From Eledone cirrhosa (taxonomy: Eukaryota), in the NCBI GenBank assembly GCA_964016885.1, contig OZ024742.1, positions 175,088,001 through 175,152,000 on the forward strand: 64,000 nt of DNA, given 5' to 3'. The position numbers were made by a program, and so were the translations under genes. The notes under the pieces are model-generated. The model ran no database searches and was not told where the DNA came from. It saw only the letters and a list, made by a program, of their open reading frames with translations. The number at the start of each line of letters is the position of its first letter. The first letter of the stretch is position 1. Positions 51,701 to 62,385 of this stretch are shown here, piece by piece.

Positions 51701-53160
51701 GTGTGAGTGTGTGAGTATGTACATGTGTATGTGTGTATGTGTAGGTGTGTGAGTGTGTGAGTATGTACATGTGTATGTGTGTATGTGTAGGTGTGTGAGT
51801 GTGTGAATATGTACAAGTGTATGTGTGTATGTGTAGGTGTGTGAGTATGTACATGTGTATGTGTTTGTGTGTTTTTGTGTGAGTGTGTGAGTATGTACAT
51901 GTGTATGTGTGTATGTGTAGGTGTGTGAGTGTGTGAGTATGTGCATGTGTATGTGTGTATGCGTAGATGTGTGAGTGTGTGAGTATGTGCATGTATATGT
52001 GTGTATGTATAGGTGTGTGAATGTGTGAGTATGTACATGTGTACGTGTCTGTGTTTGAGTGTGTGAGTATGTACATGTGTATGTGTGTATGTTTAGGTGT
52101 GTGAATCTGTAAGTATGTACATGTGTATATGTGTATGTGTAGGTGTGTCAGTGTGTGAGTATGTGCATGTATATGTGTGTATGTATAGGTGTGTGAGTGT
52201 GTGAGTATGTACATGTGTATGTGTGAGTGTGTAAGTGTGTGAGTATGTACATGTGTATGTGTGTATGTTTAGGTGTGTGAGTGTGTAAGTATGTACATGT
52301 ATATGTGTGTATGTGTTTGTGTGTGAGTGTGTGAGTATGTACATGTGTATGTGTGTATGTGTAGGTGTGTGAGTGTGTGAGTATGTACATGTGTATGTGT
52401 GTATGTGTAGGTGTGTGAGTGTGTGAGTATGTACATGTGTATGTGTGTATTTGTAGGTGTGTGAGTGTGTGAGTATGTACATGTGTAGGTGTGTGAGTGT
52501 GTGAGTATGTACATGTGTATGTGTGTATGTGTAGTTGTGTGAATATGTGAGTGTGTACATGTGTATGTGTATGTGTTTATGTGTAGATGTGTGAGTGTGT
52601 GAGTATGTACATGTGCATGTGTGTATGTGTAGGTGTGTGAGTGTGTGAGTATGTACATGTGTATGTGTGTATGTGTAGGTGTGTGAGTGTGTGAGTATGT
52701 ACATGTGTATGTGTGTATGTGTAGGTGTGTGAGTGTGTGCGTATGTACATGTGTATGCGTGTATGTGCAGGTGTGTGAGTGTGTGAGTATGTACATGTAT
52801 ATGTGTGTATGTGTTTGTGTGTGAGTGTGTGAGTATGTACATGTGTATGTGTGTATGTGTAAGTGTGTGAGTGTGTCAGTATGTACATGTGTATGTGTGT
52901 ATTTGTAGGTGTGTGAGTGTGTGAGTATGTACATGTGTATGTGTGTATGTGTAGGTGTGTGAGTATATACATGTGTATGTGTGTATGTGTAGGTGTGCGA
53001 GTGTGTGAGTATGTACATGTGTATGTGTGTATTTGTAGGTGTGTGAGTGTGTGAGTATGTACATGTGTATGTGTGTATGTGTAGGTGTGTGAATGTATGT
53101 ATGTGTGCATGTTTGTGAGTGTATGCATGTGTATGTGTGTGTGTGTGTACGTGTACATGT
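45724..53160. repeat. ~7.4-kb GT-rich compound satellite (22-bp and 46-bp units)
   Basis: gtgtgagtgtgtgtatgtgttt (22) and gtgtgtgagtgtgtgagtatgtacatgtgtatgtgtgtatgtgtag (46). Confidence 0.95.
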
Positions 53161-53162
53161 AT

Positions 53163-53511
53163 GTCATCATCATCATCATCATTTCATTTTACGTCCGCTT
53201 TTTCCCTGCTTGCAAGGGTGGGACGGGAACTGATTTTGGCTTGATTTCTACAGCTGGATGCCCTTCCTAACACCAACCTCATTTACAGTGAGTGCTGGGT
53301 GCTTTTTTGCCGTGGCACCTCCACGACCACTTTGCAGTGGAATGATATGGACCCCAGTCCCTATCATCTCATTTCTACAGCTGAGTAAACTGGAGCAATG
53401 TGAAATAAAGTGTCTTGCTCAAGGAAACAACACATCACCCGGTCTGAGGATTGAACTCACAACCTTTCGATTGCAAGGCCAATGCTCTAACCACTAAGCC
53501 ATGTGCCTCCA
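53163..53511 (-). mobile_element. tRNA-derived SINE, family B
   Basis: Full-length copy. Confidence 0.85.
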
Positions 53512-53873
53512 TGTGTATGTGTGAATTTATTTGTGTGAGTGTGTGCATGTGAGTGTGTGAGTTAGTGTGTGTGTTTTATGTATGTGTTTGTCAGTGTTTC
53601 GGTTTGTGTGTTTGTATTTGCGTGTGTGTGCAAGTGTTTGTGTAAGTGCATGTGTTTGTGTGTCTTTATGTATTTTATTTTGTGTGTGAATCTCTTTGTG
53701 TGTATATATATATGCATGTGTTTCTGTGTGTGAGATTGTGTGCAAGCGTAAGTTTCTTTCTGTGTGGGTGTGTATATCTGTGTATGTGAGTAGATTTTTC
53801 TGTTTCTGTGTGTCTGTGTAGTGTGTTTCTATTTGCATGTGTGTGGGAGGTGTGGCAGTGGCATATGCTAGAG

Positions 53874-54174
53874 CCACGTTTCTCAACCTTTTTACCCTTG
53901 TGGAACCCTTGAAATAGGTTCATGTTTCAGGGAACCCCTACATATGTCTTATATTGACCTAGTTTTAAACAATATGAAAGGTTGAAGCCTTTCTTATATA
54001 AACAAGGACTTTCCGACAATATGCCGTAAATGCATAGTAAAATTCCGAATATAAAATTAAACAAAAATTACTTTTAAGAAATACATTATTTTATTTATCA
54101 CTGGTTCTCGCGGAACCCCTAGCGACCTCTTGCGGAATCCTAGGGTTCTGGGGAACACCGGTTGAGAAACGCTG
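53874..54174. mobile_element. hAT-type MITE
   Basis: TIRs ccacgtttctcaacc / ggttgagaaacgctg; exact 8-bp TSD tgctagag (53866-53873 and 54175-54182). Confidence 0.9.
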
Positions 54175-54297
54175 TGCTAGAGAGAGAGAAACAAAAATAT
54201 AGGTATATACCACTTGCTCCTGGGGTATGCCTTGGTCAGAGCAGTATTAAAACATTTACAATGGAATATGAACACACACCCTAAAGTAGTTCAATGG

Positions 54298-54484
54298 TAT
54301 TGTTTGGCAGTAATGGTAGAGTGTCAGACATCATGCTTTACAGCATAGAGTTATGGCCCTTTACGTTCTTAGTTGAAATCCTGCCAAGGTTAACTTTGCA
54401 TTTCATCCTTACAGGGTTGATAAAATAAAGTACCAGTAATGCACTGGAGTAATTGCTGGGCTTGTGCCAAAAGTAGACACAATT
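54298..54484 (+). mobile_element. tRNA-derived SINE, family A
   Basis: Conserved head and body; an inverted sister copy lies at 55098-55278. Confidence 0.75.
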
Positions 54485-55097
54485 GTATGTATATCTATCT
54501 GTGGAAGAGTATATCGGTATATGTGTGTATGCCTGTCTGTGTGTGTGTGTGTGTTTAATTCAATGGTATTGTGTGTATGACTATCTGTGGGAGTGTATAC
54601 TTGCATGTGAGCAGGTGTGTGTGTATTTCTGTGAGTGTATGTATCTGTGATTGTATGCCTCTCTGTGTGTATGTCTGTGTTTCTGTGTCTGTATGAGTGT
54701 GTATCTCTAAGTGTGTGTGTATGTAAGTGTGGGGGGGAAGGGTCTCTGTGTGCATCTATGAGTATGTTTGTGTCTGTGCTTGTGTATGGAAATGTATCTA
54801 CGTGTGCCTGTTCTGTAAGTGTTTATGTATGTGTCTGGCTGTGTGTAAATGTGTGTCAGTGTCCCTATATATGACTGTGTCCGTTGGTTTTATGCGTGCA
54901 TAAATCTGTTTGTATTAGTGTGTCACTGTTTGTTTCTACATGTGATTGTATGTGTCAGTGTATTTCTGTGAGTGTTTATGTGTAACTTATGAGTGTTTAT
55001 GTGTATCAGTATTTGTGTATGTGTCTAGGTATATGTGTTTGAATGTGTGTGTAATTTTCTGTATGTGTGTGTGTACTTGCTTCAGTATTAATTAAAT

Positions 55098-55278
55098 AAT
55101 TGTTTCTACTTTTGGCACAAGGCCAGCAATTATCCCAGTGTATTACTGGTACTTTATTTTATCGACCCTGTAACAATGAAAGACAAAGCTAACCTCGGCG
55201 GTATTTGTACTCAGAATGTAAAGGGCCGTAATTCTATGCGGCAAAGCATGGCATCTGACGCTCTACCGGTACTGCCTC
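55098..55278 (-). mobile_element. tRNA-derived SINE, family A
   Basis: Reverse complement of the 511-693 type. Confidence 0.75.
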
Positions 55279-55441
55279 ACAGATTAGATCATGTAAAAAA
55301 TAAGAATAATCAGTAGATTCCCATTAGAAAATAACACCACAGACACTTATACACACACACTCACTCACACACACATACAAATATATATATATATATATAT
55401 CCCATCCAAACCCATGCAAGCGTGGAAGATGGACGTTAAAC

Positions 55442-55472
<31 letters not shown>

Positions 55473-55722
55473 GTAATAATAATAAATTTGAAGACTAAAA
55501 TCCAAAGAGGGCTCGATAAGGATAAATATATATCAAATATATAAGAACCGTAGAGCAAATATTTATTAAAATAACAGATTAAAGTTTAAGCAAAGAATCG
55601 CTGCTTTCACCCTTAATGGGATCTTCTGAAACTCATTGCGTTCATGTATCTTCTGAAACTCAGAAGATCCGGTTAAGGGTGAAAGCAGCGATTATTTGCT
55701 TAAACTATAATCTGTTATTTTA

Positions 55723-55730
<8 letters not shown>
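55473..55730. mobile_element. Fold-back of the PLE terminus seen at 2945-3105
   Basis: 55473-55633 is the reverse complement of 2947-3105; 55661-55730 is a direct copy of 2952-3021. Confidence 0.85.
55583..55633 (-). ncRNA. Type I hammerhead ribozyme, variant core CAGAAGA
   Basis: agttt-CAGAAGA-tccc attaa gggt-GAAA-gca gcgattctt tgc-TT-aaact. Confidence 0.65.
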
Positions 55731-55779
<49 letters not shown>

Positions 55780-55854
55780 TGCATGTTGTATACAGGATGT
55801 TTATGAAAAACATTTGACACCTTTCCACTATGAATTTTTTAAGACTGTGACCAG

Positions 55855-56168
55855 TGTCACATATCTTTAGACACAGCAAAAAAAAAACCAGAAGAAACTG
55901 ACATTGTTATTTCTCACTTGTTAGTGACTGTCAAAATTGCATATGCACCTAGTTTTTGCTGAGACAAAAATAAGCCAGAACCTTATAGATTTCTCACCTA
56001 TGTATATGAGCTGATGAAACTCATTTACATATGGATCAGTATTTTCCTCTCAACAGTATCTATGTCTCAGCAAAAAAATAGGTGGAACTTTGACAACCTC
56101 TAACATATGGGAAACAATGTTGTCAGTTGCTTCTCCTGGTTTTTGCTGGAGTCTAAGGATCTGTGACA
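55855..56168. repeat. Old imperfect palindrome (MITE-like)
   Basis: tgtcac..ttagacacagcaaaa..ccag..aactgaca..cacctagtttttgctgagaca mirrored by tgtctcagcaaaaaaataggtg..tgtcagtt..ctggtttttgctggagtctaa..gtgaca. Confidence 0.6.
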
Positions 56169-56470
56169 GTGTGGATCTGCATGGCACCATTATGAGGAGG
56201 GACAGGCCAGTTGACTACCTCCTACACAGCTCACACTGGAGCCATGGTTTGGGAGCTGCATCCACATTTACAGTATGAAACTGGATGTCACTGTTATGAG
56301 GAGAGATAGGCTAGTTGGCCATGTTGTACCCAGCTCAGAGTGGAACCATAGTTTGAGAGCCGCACCCACATTTACAGTGTGGATCTGGATGGCTCCATTA
56401 TAAGGAGGGATAGGCCAGTTGGCTGCACTATAACCTGCTCACTGTGGAACTATAGTTTGGAAGCTGGGTG
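56168..56470 (+). repeat. Diverged 104-bp tandem repeat (~3 units; related sequence to ~56720)
   Basis: Units start at 56171, 56275 and 56379 (..tatgaggaggga.aggccagttg..). Confidence 0.7.
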
Positions 56471-56721
56471 ATCCCACTATGAGGGACGTCTATCCAGTCA
56501 GCTGCACCAAGTCTTATACATAGTGGAGCTGTGTTACTGGAAAGTCTAGCGAGATGACCACGCAGTGCCTTGCACAATATTGGGGCTGTTGCTGTGTTTG
56601 GGATCTTTGTAGACCCATTATGAAAGATGTCTGGTCAGTTAGGCACACCAAGCCTTACTCATAGAAGAGTCCTGGTACCAATATGAGGTGGATCTGGCCA
56701 AGTTGGCCATGCTGTACCCAG

Positions 56722-56755
<34 letters not shown>

Positions 56756-57366
56756 ATATATAAACATAATGAAGATCGCGGGTATTAAGTCAACATTCTC
56801 TGGCCAATGTCTAGCTCACTCAATGAATCTGCCAAATTGCATTTAATGCAGCTGCAATCGGCTGTTCAGAGTGAACATATTTAGTTAATAGCAGATACAG
56901 TGGCTGTGTTTTGGTAGAGAGAAAGGTAAAATTCTCAACTCTTAGATAATATGTTAGGTTGTTTACCAATGGTAGAACAGGTGACTCTGGTTAGTATATA
57001 ATGATGTAATAAATTAAAGCACTCGACCTTATGCAAAGCATCCATCGTAGATATGGTGTCCCATGGCTGGTGCAGGAATAGAGTTTAATATTCATTAGAA
57101 AGAACAGAAGAGAAGACTGGAAACTTTCTTTAGAATTTTAATTTTGTGAAAACACCATACATATTTTGATGACCCAACTTCAACATCCGATCATGATGCA
57201 ATACTTCGACGATTTCATCAGGTGTTAATAGCAGAATTATTTCATTAAGATAACAGGAATATGGCAAACACAAACAGAGAATAGAAAATAGAAAACAAAT
57301 ATCATTCAGGGATGCCCTACTAATTCAGTGTTATTGTAACAGCAAACTATCATATACACATAGGTA

Positions 57367-57703
57367 CATCATCATCATTATTTTACGTCTGCTTTTCCCT
57401 GCTTGCAAGGGTGGGACGGGAACTGATTCTGGCTTGATTTCTACAGCTGGATGCCCTTCCTAATACCAACTGCATTTACGGTGACTGCTGGGTGCTTTTT
57501 TGCCGTGGTACCTCCATGACCACTTTGCAGTGGAATGATAGGGACCCCAGTCCCTATCATCTCATTTCTACACTGAGTAAAGTGGAGCAATGTGAAATAA
57601 AGTGTCTTGCTCAAGGAAACAACACATCACCCGGTCTGAGAATTGAACTCACAACCTTTCGATTACAAGGCCAATACTCTAACCACTAAGCCATGTGCCT
57701 CCA
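57367..57703 (-). mobile_element. tRNA-derived SINE, family B
   Basis: Full-length copy. Confidence 0.85.
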
Positions 57704-58652
57704 TGTATATGTATATATATATATATATACATGTTTGTGTGTATGTGCATTTATATGTACACACACAAATACATATATGTTATATTTATTTATCAATCCA
57801 ATCCAAATTGCGAGAAAGTTATTTTTCAATATTTTGCATTTGTTGGCCTTATACTAACATATCACATATTGATTAGTAGGGGGTCATGATGTAGGGATAT
57901 GTCAGAAAATGGGAGGAGTTTTAAGAAGCACCACTAGAATTAATATTCCATACTCATCCTCTGTAAAAAACCTAAAAGAATAAAAATAACCACTAGTGCA
58001 AAGAATTGCCATCAATGAGTGTACATTTCCTACTTCCCTTGCATGACAAAATAAACAATAACAACAATAATAATAATACTAATGTGATTAATAATGATAA
58101 TAATGATAGTAATAATAATTATTATTTTATATAATAATAATAATATTAATAAAAATAAATGCCACTTTTATTCCAAGACTGAAGATCTTCAAGGAACTAA
58201 TGCCATCCAGGTTGACTTATTTCTCAGCTGCCAAGTTTCTATAATTCCACAATTAAGGAATCAATATTCATTCTTGCTCTTTTTTTTTTTGCTAACCTGG
58301 AATATAAACTAAGACTGAAAGCACTTAAGGCTTAGACTTTTTGGTTCTATATATGTAATTTGTTTAATGTATTTTTCTCAAAGACATTTATTCTAATAGT
58401 TCCAAAGAAATACCACACTTTTACCTTTTAGGAAAGAATTGACCTTTTGGAAACAATTCACAAAGAGATCTCTTAAATAGTCAATGTAATTATTGTCATT
58501 ATTTTTCGTATATCTTATTTATTTATTTTTTGTCAAAATTGCTATCTTCCTATCTCTATGAGTATCAATGTGTATGTGTACATACAAATTCACACTCACA
58601 TACACACATATATATGTATATATAAACACAGACATATATACTTCTTCTTTTC

Positions 58653-58713
<61 letters not shown>

Positions 58714-58715
<2 letters not shown>

Positions 58716-58793
58716 AGGTGTCCAAAAAAATGTAGACACACTTTGATTAGAATGTTGTTGAAGTGTGCATACATTTTTGGGGGGAACATACTC
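58714..58793. mobile_element. Tiny Tc1/mariner-type MITE remnant
   Basis: caaggtgtccaaaaaaatgtagacacactt ... aagtgtgcatacattttt..gg, in a TA tract. Confidence 0.45.
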
Positions 58794-58880
58794 TATATAT
58801 ATATATAATATATATATATAAACAGACACTCACACACATATGTGTGTGTATATATATATGTGTCTGTATATATATATGTA

Positions 58881-59120
58881 TAGGATTTCGCTTCAAGCAT
58901 AGCTTTATACAAATATGTATAGACATTTTGTATTTCTAAAGAAACACAGTTTTAGGAAGCCATAGCTATGCAAACACTGGGGATAATGCCCTCTGGTGGT
59001 GTCCAGCAGAAGCAAGGGGGACAATCGTCTATGCATTTCAGGCTTGACTGGCCTTTTAGCCCCAGTGTTTGCATTACTACGGCTTCCTAAAAGCATGTTT
59101 CTTTAGAAATACGAAATTTC
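58881..59120. mobile_element. Fold-back PLE-like terminus with 3' half of a hammerhead
   Basis: 58926-58982 is the reverse complement of 59060-59116. The minus strand at 59056-59025 reads aggc cagtcaa gcct-GAAA-tgca-TA-gacga; the core is cut by the junction. Confidence 0.55.
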
Positions 59121-59133
59121 TCTCTCTCTCTCT

Positions 59134-59165
<32 letters not shown>

Positions 59166-59339
59166 ATATATATATCATCATCATCATCATTTCATTTTAT
59201 GTCCACTTTTCCCTGCTTGCAAGGGTGGGACGGGAACTGATTCTGGCATATATATATATATATATGCATACACTCACACACATATGCGTGAGTGTGTGTG
59301 CAAACCCTTGCCAGAATGTGAAAAATATATATATATAAT

Positions 59340-59838
59340 TCCGACCTCACACACTTACACATCTCCAAGACAATGTCACTGTACCGAGATCTTTGGCGCT
59401 ACACAGTAATACAGAAGACCAGCCTTACCTAAGTACAAAGTGAAACCTACTACAGTCAGTAGGCACCGCTAACAAAATACACCCCGTCCCACTACCCCCC
59501 ACCCCATCCACACCACCCCTTTCAATGTAAAGTTATGTTGGTACCACAACATTCAGCCCGAAACAAAATGAGGTTGTGTAGGTCTCACGACAAAAGAACA
59601 CACAGTCCACGCTGTAATGTGGCCGTATAGGTAACACGGTAAAAACCTCCCAGTCCACACTGTAAATGTGGTTGGTGTTAGGAAGGGCATCCAGCCGTAG
59701 AAAACCCGCCAGACAGTCCTATGCGAGGAAGACAACCACTCTTGCCTCAAGTGGGAAAACTCCCGTCCAAACCCATGCAAGCATGGAACACGGACGTTAA
59801 ACGATGATGATGATGATGATGATGATGATGACGATGAT
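59340..59838 (+). mobile_element. RTE-family 3' end (related subfamily)
   Basis: ccgacctc...gtaatacagaagacc...gttggtgttaggaagggcatccagc...ggacgttaaacgatgatg. Confidence 0.75.
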
Positions 59839-60408
59839 ATACATAAACATACACATATTCACATATCTGAGAGTACATAAAAATTTAAATAGTTGCTAGT
59901 TCGAAAATGATTCATAATTATAGTTATAGTCTTATTTTGTTTGTACTATTGTTGTTGTTTTTTGTTTTTTTGCAGGGGGGGGGGGGGATTGGTGACAAGC
60001 AATAAATATACTTTATTTAGGCAGTAAATCCCTTCCTCTCTCTCACCCTCTCTCTTCCCTGTTTTCTCTAAGTAGTCTGCATGATTTTTCCAAGTGATGA
60101 TCTAAAAATCAATTACATGATATCAACTACTTACCAAATATATATATATTTATATATATTTATATATATATATATATATACCCACATGCACACACACACG
60201 TATTTATATACATGTATATATATGTACATATATGATATATATACATATATATGTATGTATATATGTATGTATATATGTATGTATATATGTATGTATATAT
60301 ATTATATATGTACATATATATATGTGTTTGTGTGTGTGTGTGTGTGCACATATTTATATACATGTACATATATATTATATATACATATATATAATATATA
60401 AGTACAAT

Positions 60409-60460
<52 letters not shown>

Positions 60461-61221
60461 CATCATCATCATTTAACATCTATCTTCCACGCTAGCATGG
60501 GTTAAGATATATATAATATATATGGGTTTATATATATATATATACATATATTATATACATATACAGTAATAAATAGTAACAACAATAATATAAACAATAT
60601 AATAATGATGATAATAATAAATAATGATTTCTTTCTTTATTTCTTTATTTATTTAATAATAAATAATGAAAAATGAAATGTCATTAACTGCAGCAGATTT
60701 TGTGACTTGATTTGAACTATAAAACTGAATCCATTTTGCTAAAATAAAACGAAAAATAATGTGACATTTATTTTTCAGATGTGTTAATAGCTTGGTTTCA
60801 CCCTTCTTTTTTTCATAACAATGTCCATTTTTCAATGGAGAAACTCATTTCTAACTAAACTAGAGGTAGTTGTTAAGATTATGTTCCATTAAGTGTTCAT
60901 TTATGATTCTTTCCCTGTTTTATACTTTTCCTGGTCTCATTTATTTGACTTCAGCCATTCTGAAGTATTGCCCTGTAGGAATGTGTGTAATCATAACAAC
61001 ACCTCAGTAATTATTGCCATTTCAAGACTGTTACATATTTTATTGTTTTCAATGTGTCCAACTGCTAGATTATGGGAACATAAAGAAACAATAAATATTA
61101 ACACACACATGCACGCACGTGCATGTATATACTGAAGCATGTTTTTTTCAATACTAGTTGTCATAAAGCAATCACTTGAACTTTGAGGTCACTGCTTCTT
61201 TTACTTCCGATGATAAATATA

Positions 61222-61504
61222 TCATCATCATTTTACGTCCGCTTTTCCCTGCTTGCAAGGGTGGGACGGGAACTGATTCTGGCTTGATTGCTACAGCTGG
61301 ATGCCCTTCCTAACACCAACCTCATTTACAATGGAATGATAGGGGCCCCAATCCTATCACCTCTTTTCTACAGATGAGTAAACTGGAGCAATGTGAAATA
61401 AAGTGTCTTGCTCAAGGAAACAACAAATCACTCGGTCTGAGAATTGAACTCACAACCTTTCGATTACAAGCCCAATACTCTAACCAGTAAGCCATGTGCC
61501 TCCA
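61222..61504 (-). mobile_element. tRNA-derived SINE, family B (internal deletion)
   Basis: Head and tail intact; ~45 bp of the tail repeat is missing. Confidence 0.85.
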
Positions 61505-61508
61505 TTAA

Positions 61509-62054
61509 TGTCAGTGTTGAACAAAACGGCAACAATGGTTGCTAAACACTGTACGGCTTAATTCGGGATGTTTATTTACAAACAAACCGAGCATTATAAT
61601 AAATGTTCGGTAAATCCATACGTACATATATATATGTGTGCATGTATGTATATATATATACATACTACTGTACGTCTGTATACATATATGTATGTACGTG
61701 TACATACTTATATTTAAGTAACAGCCGTACTAAGAGTGATAAATGAAATTTCGTTTCATTTTTTCCATTTATCGTTTTCGGTGCGCCGGCCGATTAACTC
61801 ACCCGATATGCAAATTAGGCTTCTCAGCCGTTAATATGCATAAGGAAAGTATATACTTTCAACCGTTCAATCATCTGGCAGGAAGGTATACGGTGCCGAC
61901 GATAGCTAATAAGCTTGAAACTAGTACATCGTTCCTTTGTCAGTGTTGAAAAAAAGGGAAACGATGGTTGTTAAACACTGTACGGCTTAATTCGGGATGT
62001 TTGTTTTCAAACAAACCGAGCATTATAATAAATGTTCGGTAAATCCATACGTAC

Positions 62055-62087
<33 letters not shown>

Positions 62088-62255
62088 CATGTATGTATAT
62101 ATATATACATGGTACTGTACGTCTGTATACATATATGTATGTACATGTACATACTTATATTTAAGTAACAGCTGTACTAAGAGTGAGAAATGAAATTTCG
62201 TTTCATTTTTTCCATTTATATATATATATATATGGAAAAATGAAACGAAATTCTA
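61509..62255 (+). mobile_element. Partial tandem non-coding repeat (~430-bp period) with HHR and short inverted tail (pLTR/retrozyme-like)
   Basis: 61509-61772 repeats at 61938-62219; 62232-62252 inverts 62193-62216. Confidence 0.7.
61890..61932 (+). ncRNA. Type I hammerhead ribozyme, variant core CCGACGA (U4C)
   Basis: acggtg-CCGACGA-t agct aata agct t-GAAA-ctag-TA-catcgt. Confidence 0.7.
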
Positions 62256-62286
<31 letters not shown>

Positions 62287-62317
62287 AATAAAATGTGGAG
62301 AGGAGGCACACGAGTTA

Positions 62318-62381
<64 letters not shown>

Positions 62382-62385
<4 letters not shown>

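Noticed and set aside
45509-53182. Long His/Thr-rich and Val/Cys-rich ORFs (up to 887 aa)
   Set aside because: They are translations of the (CA)/(GT)-derived satellite and are open in several frames at once; there is no coding evidence.
56011-56020. ctgatgaaa in the palindrome loop
   Set aside because: No room for stem II or III; it is only a hairpin loop.
57170-57228. Minus-strand ctgatga...gaag motif
   Set aside because: No convincing stem I or stem III.
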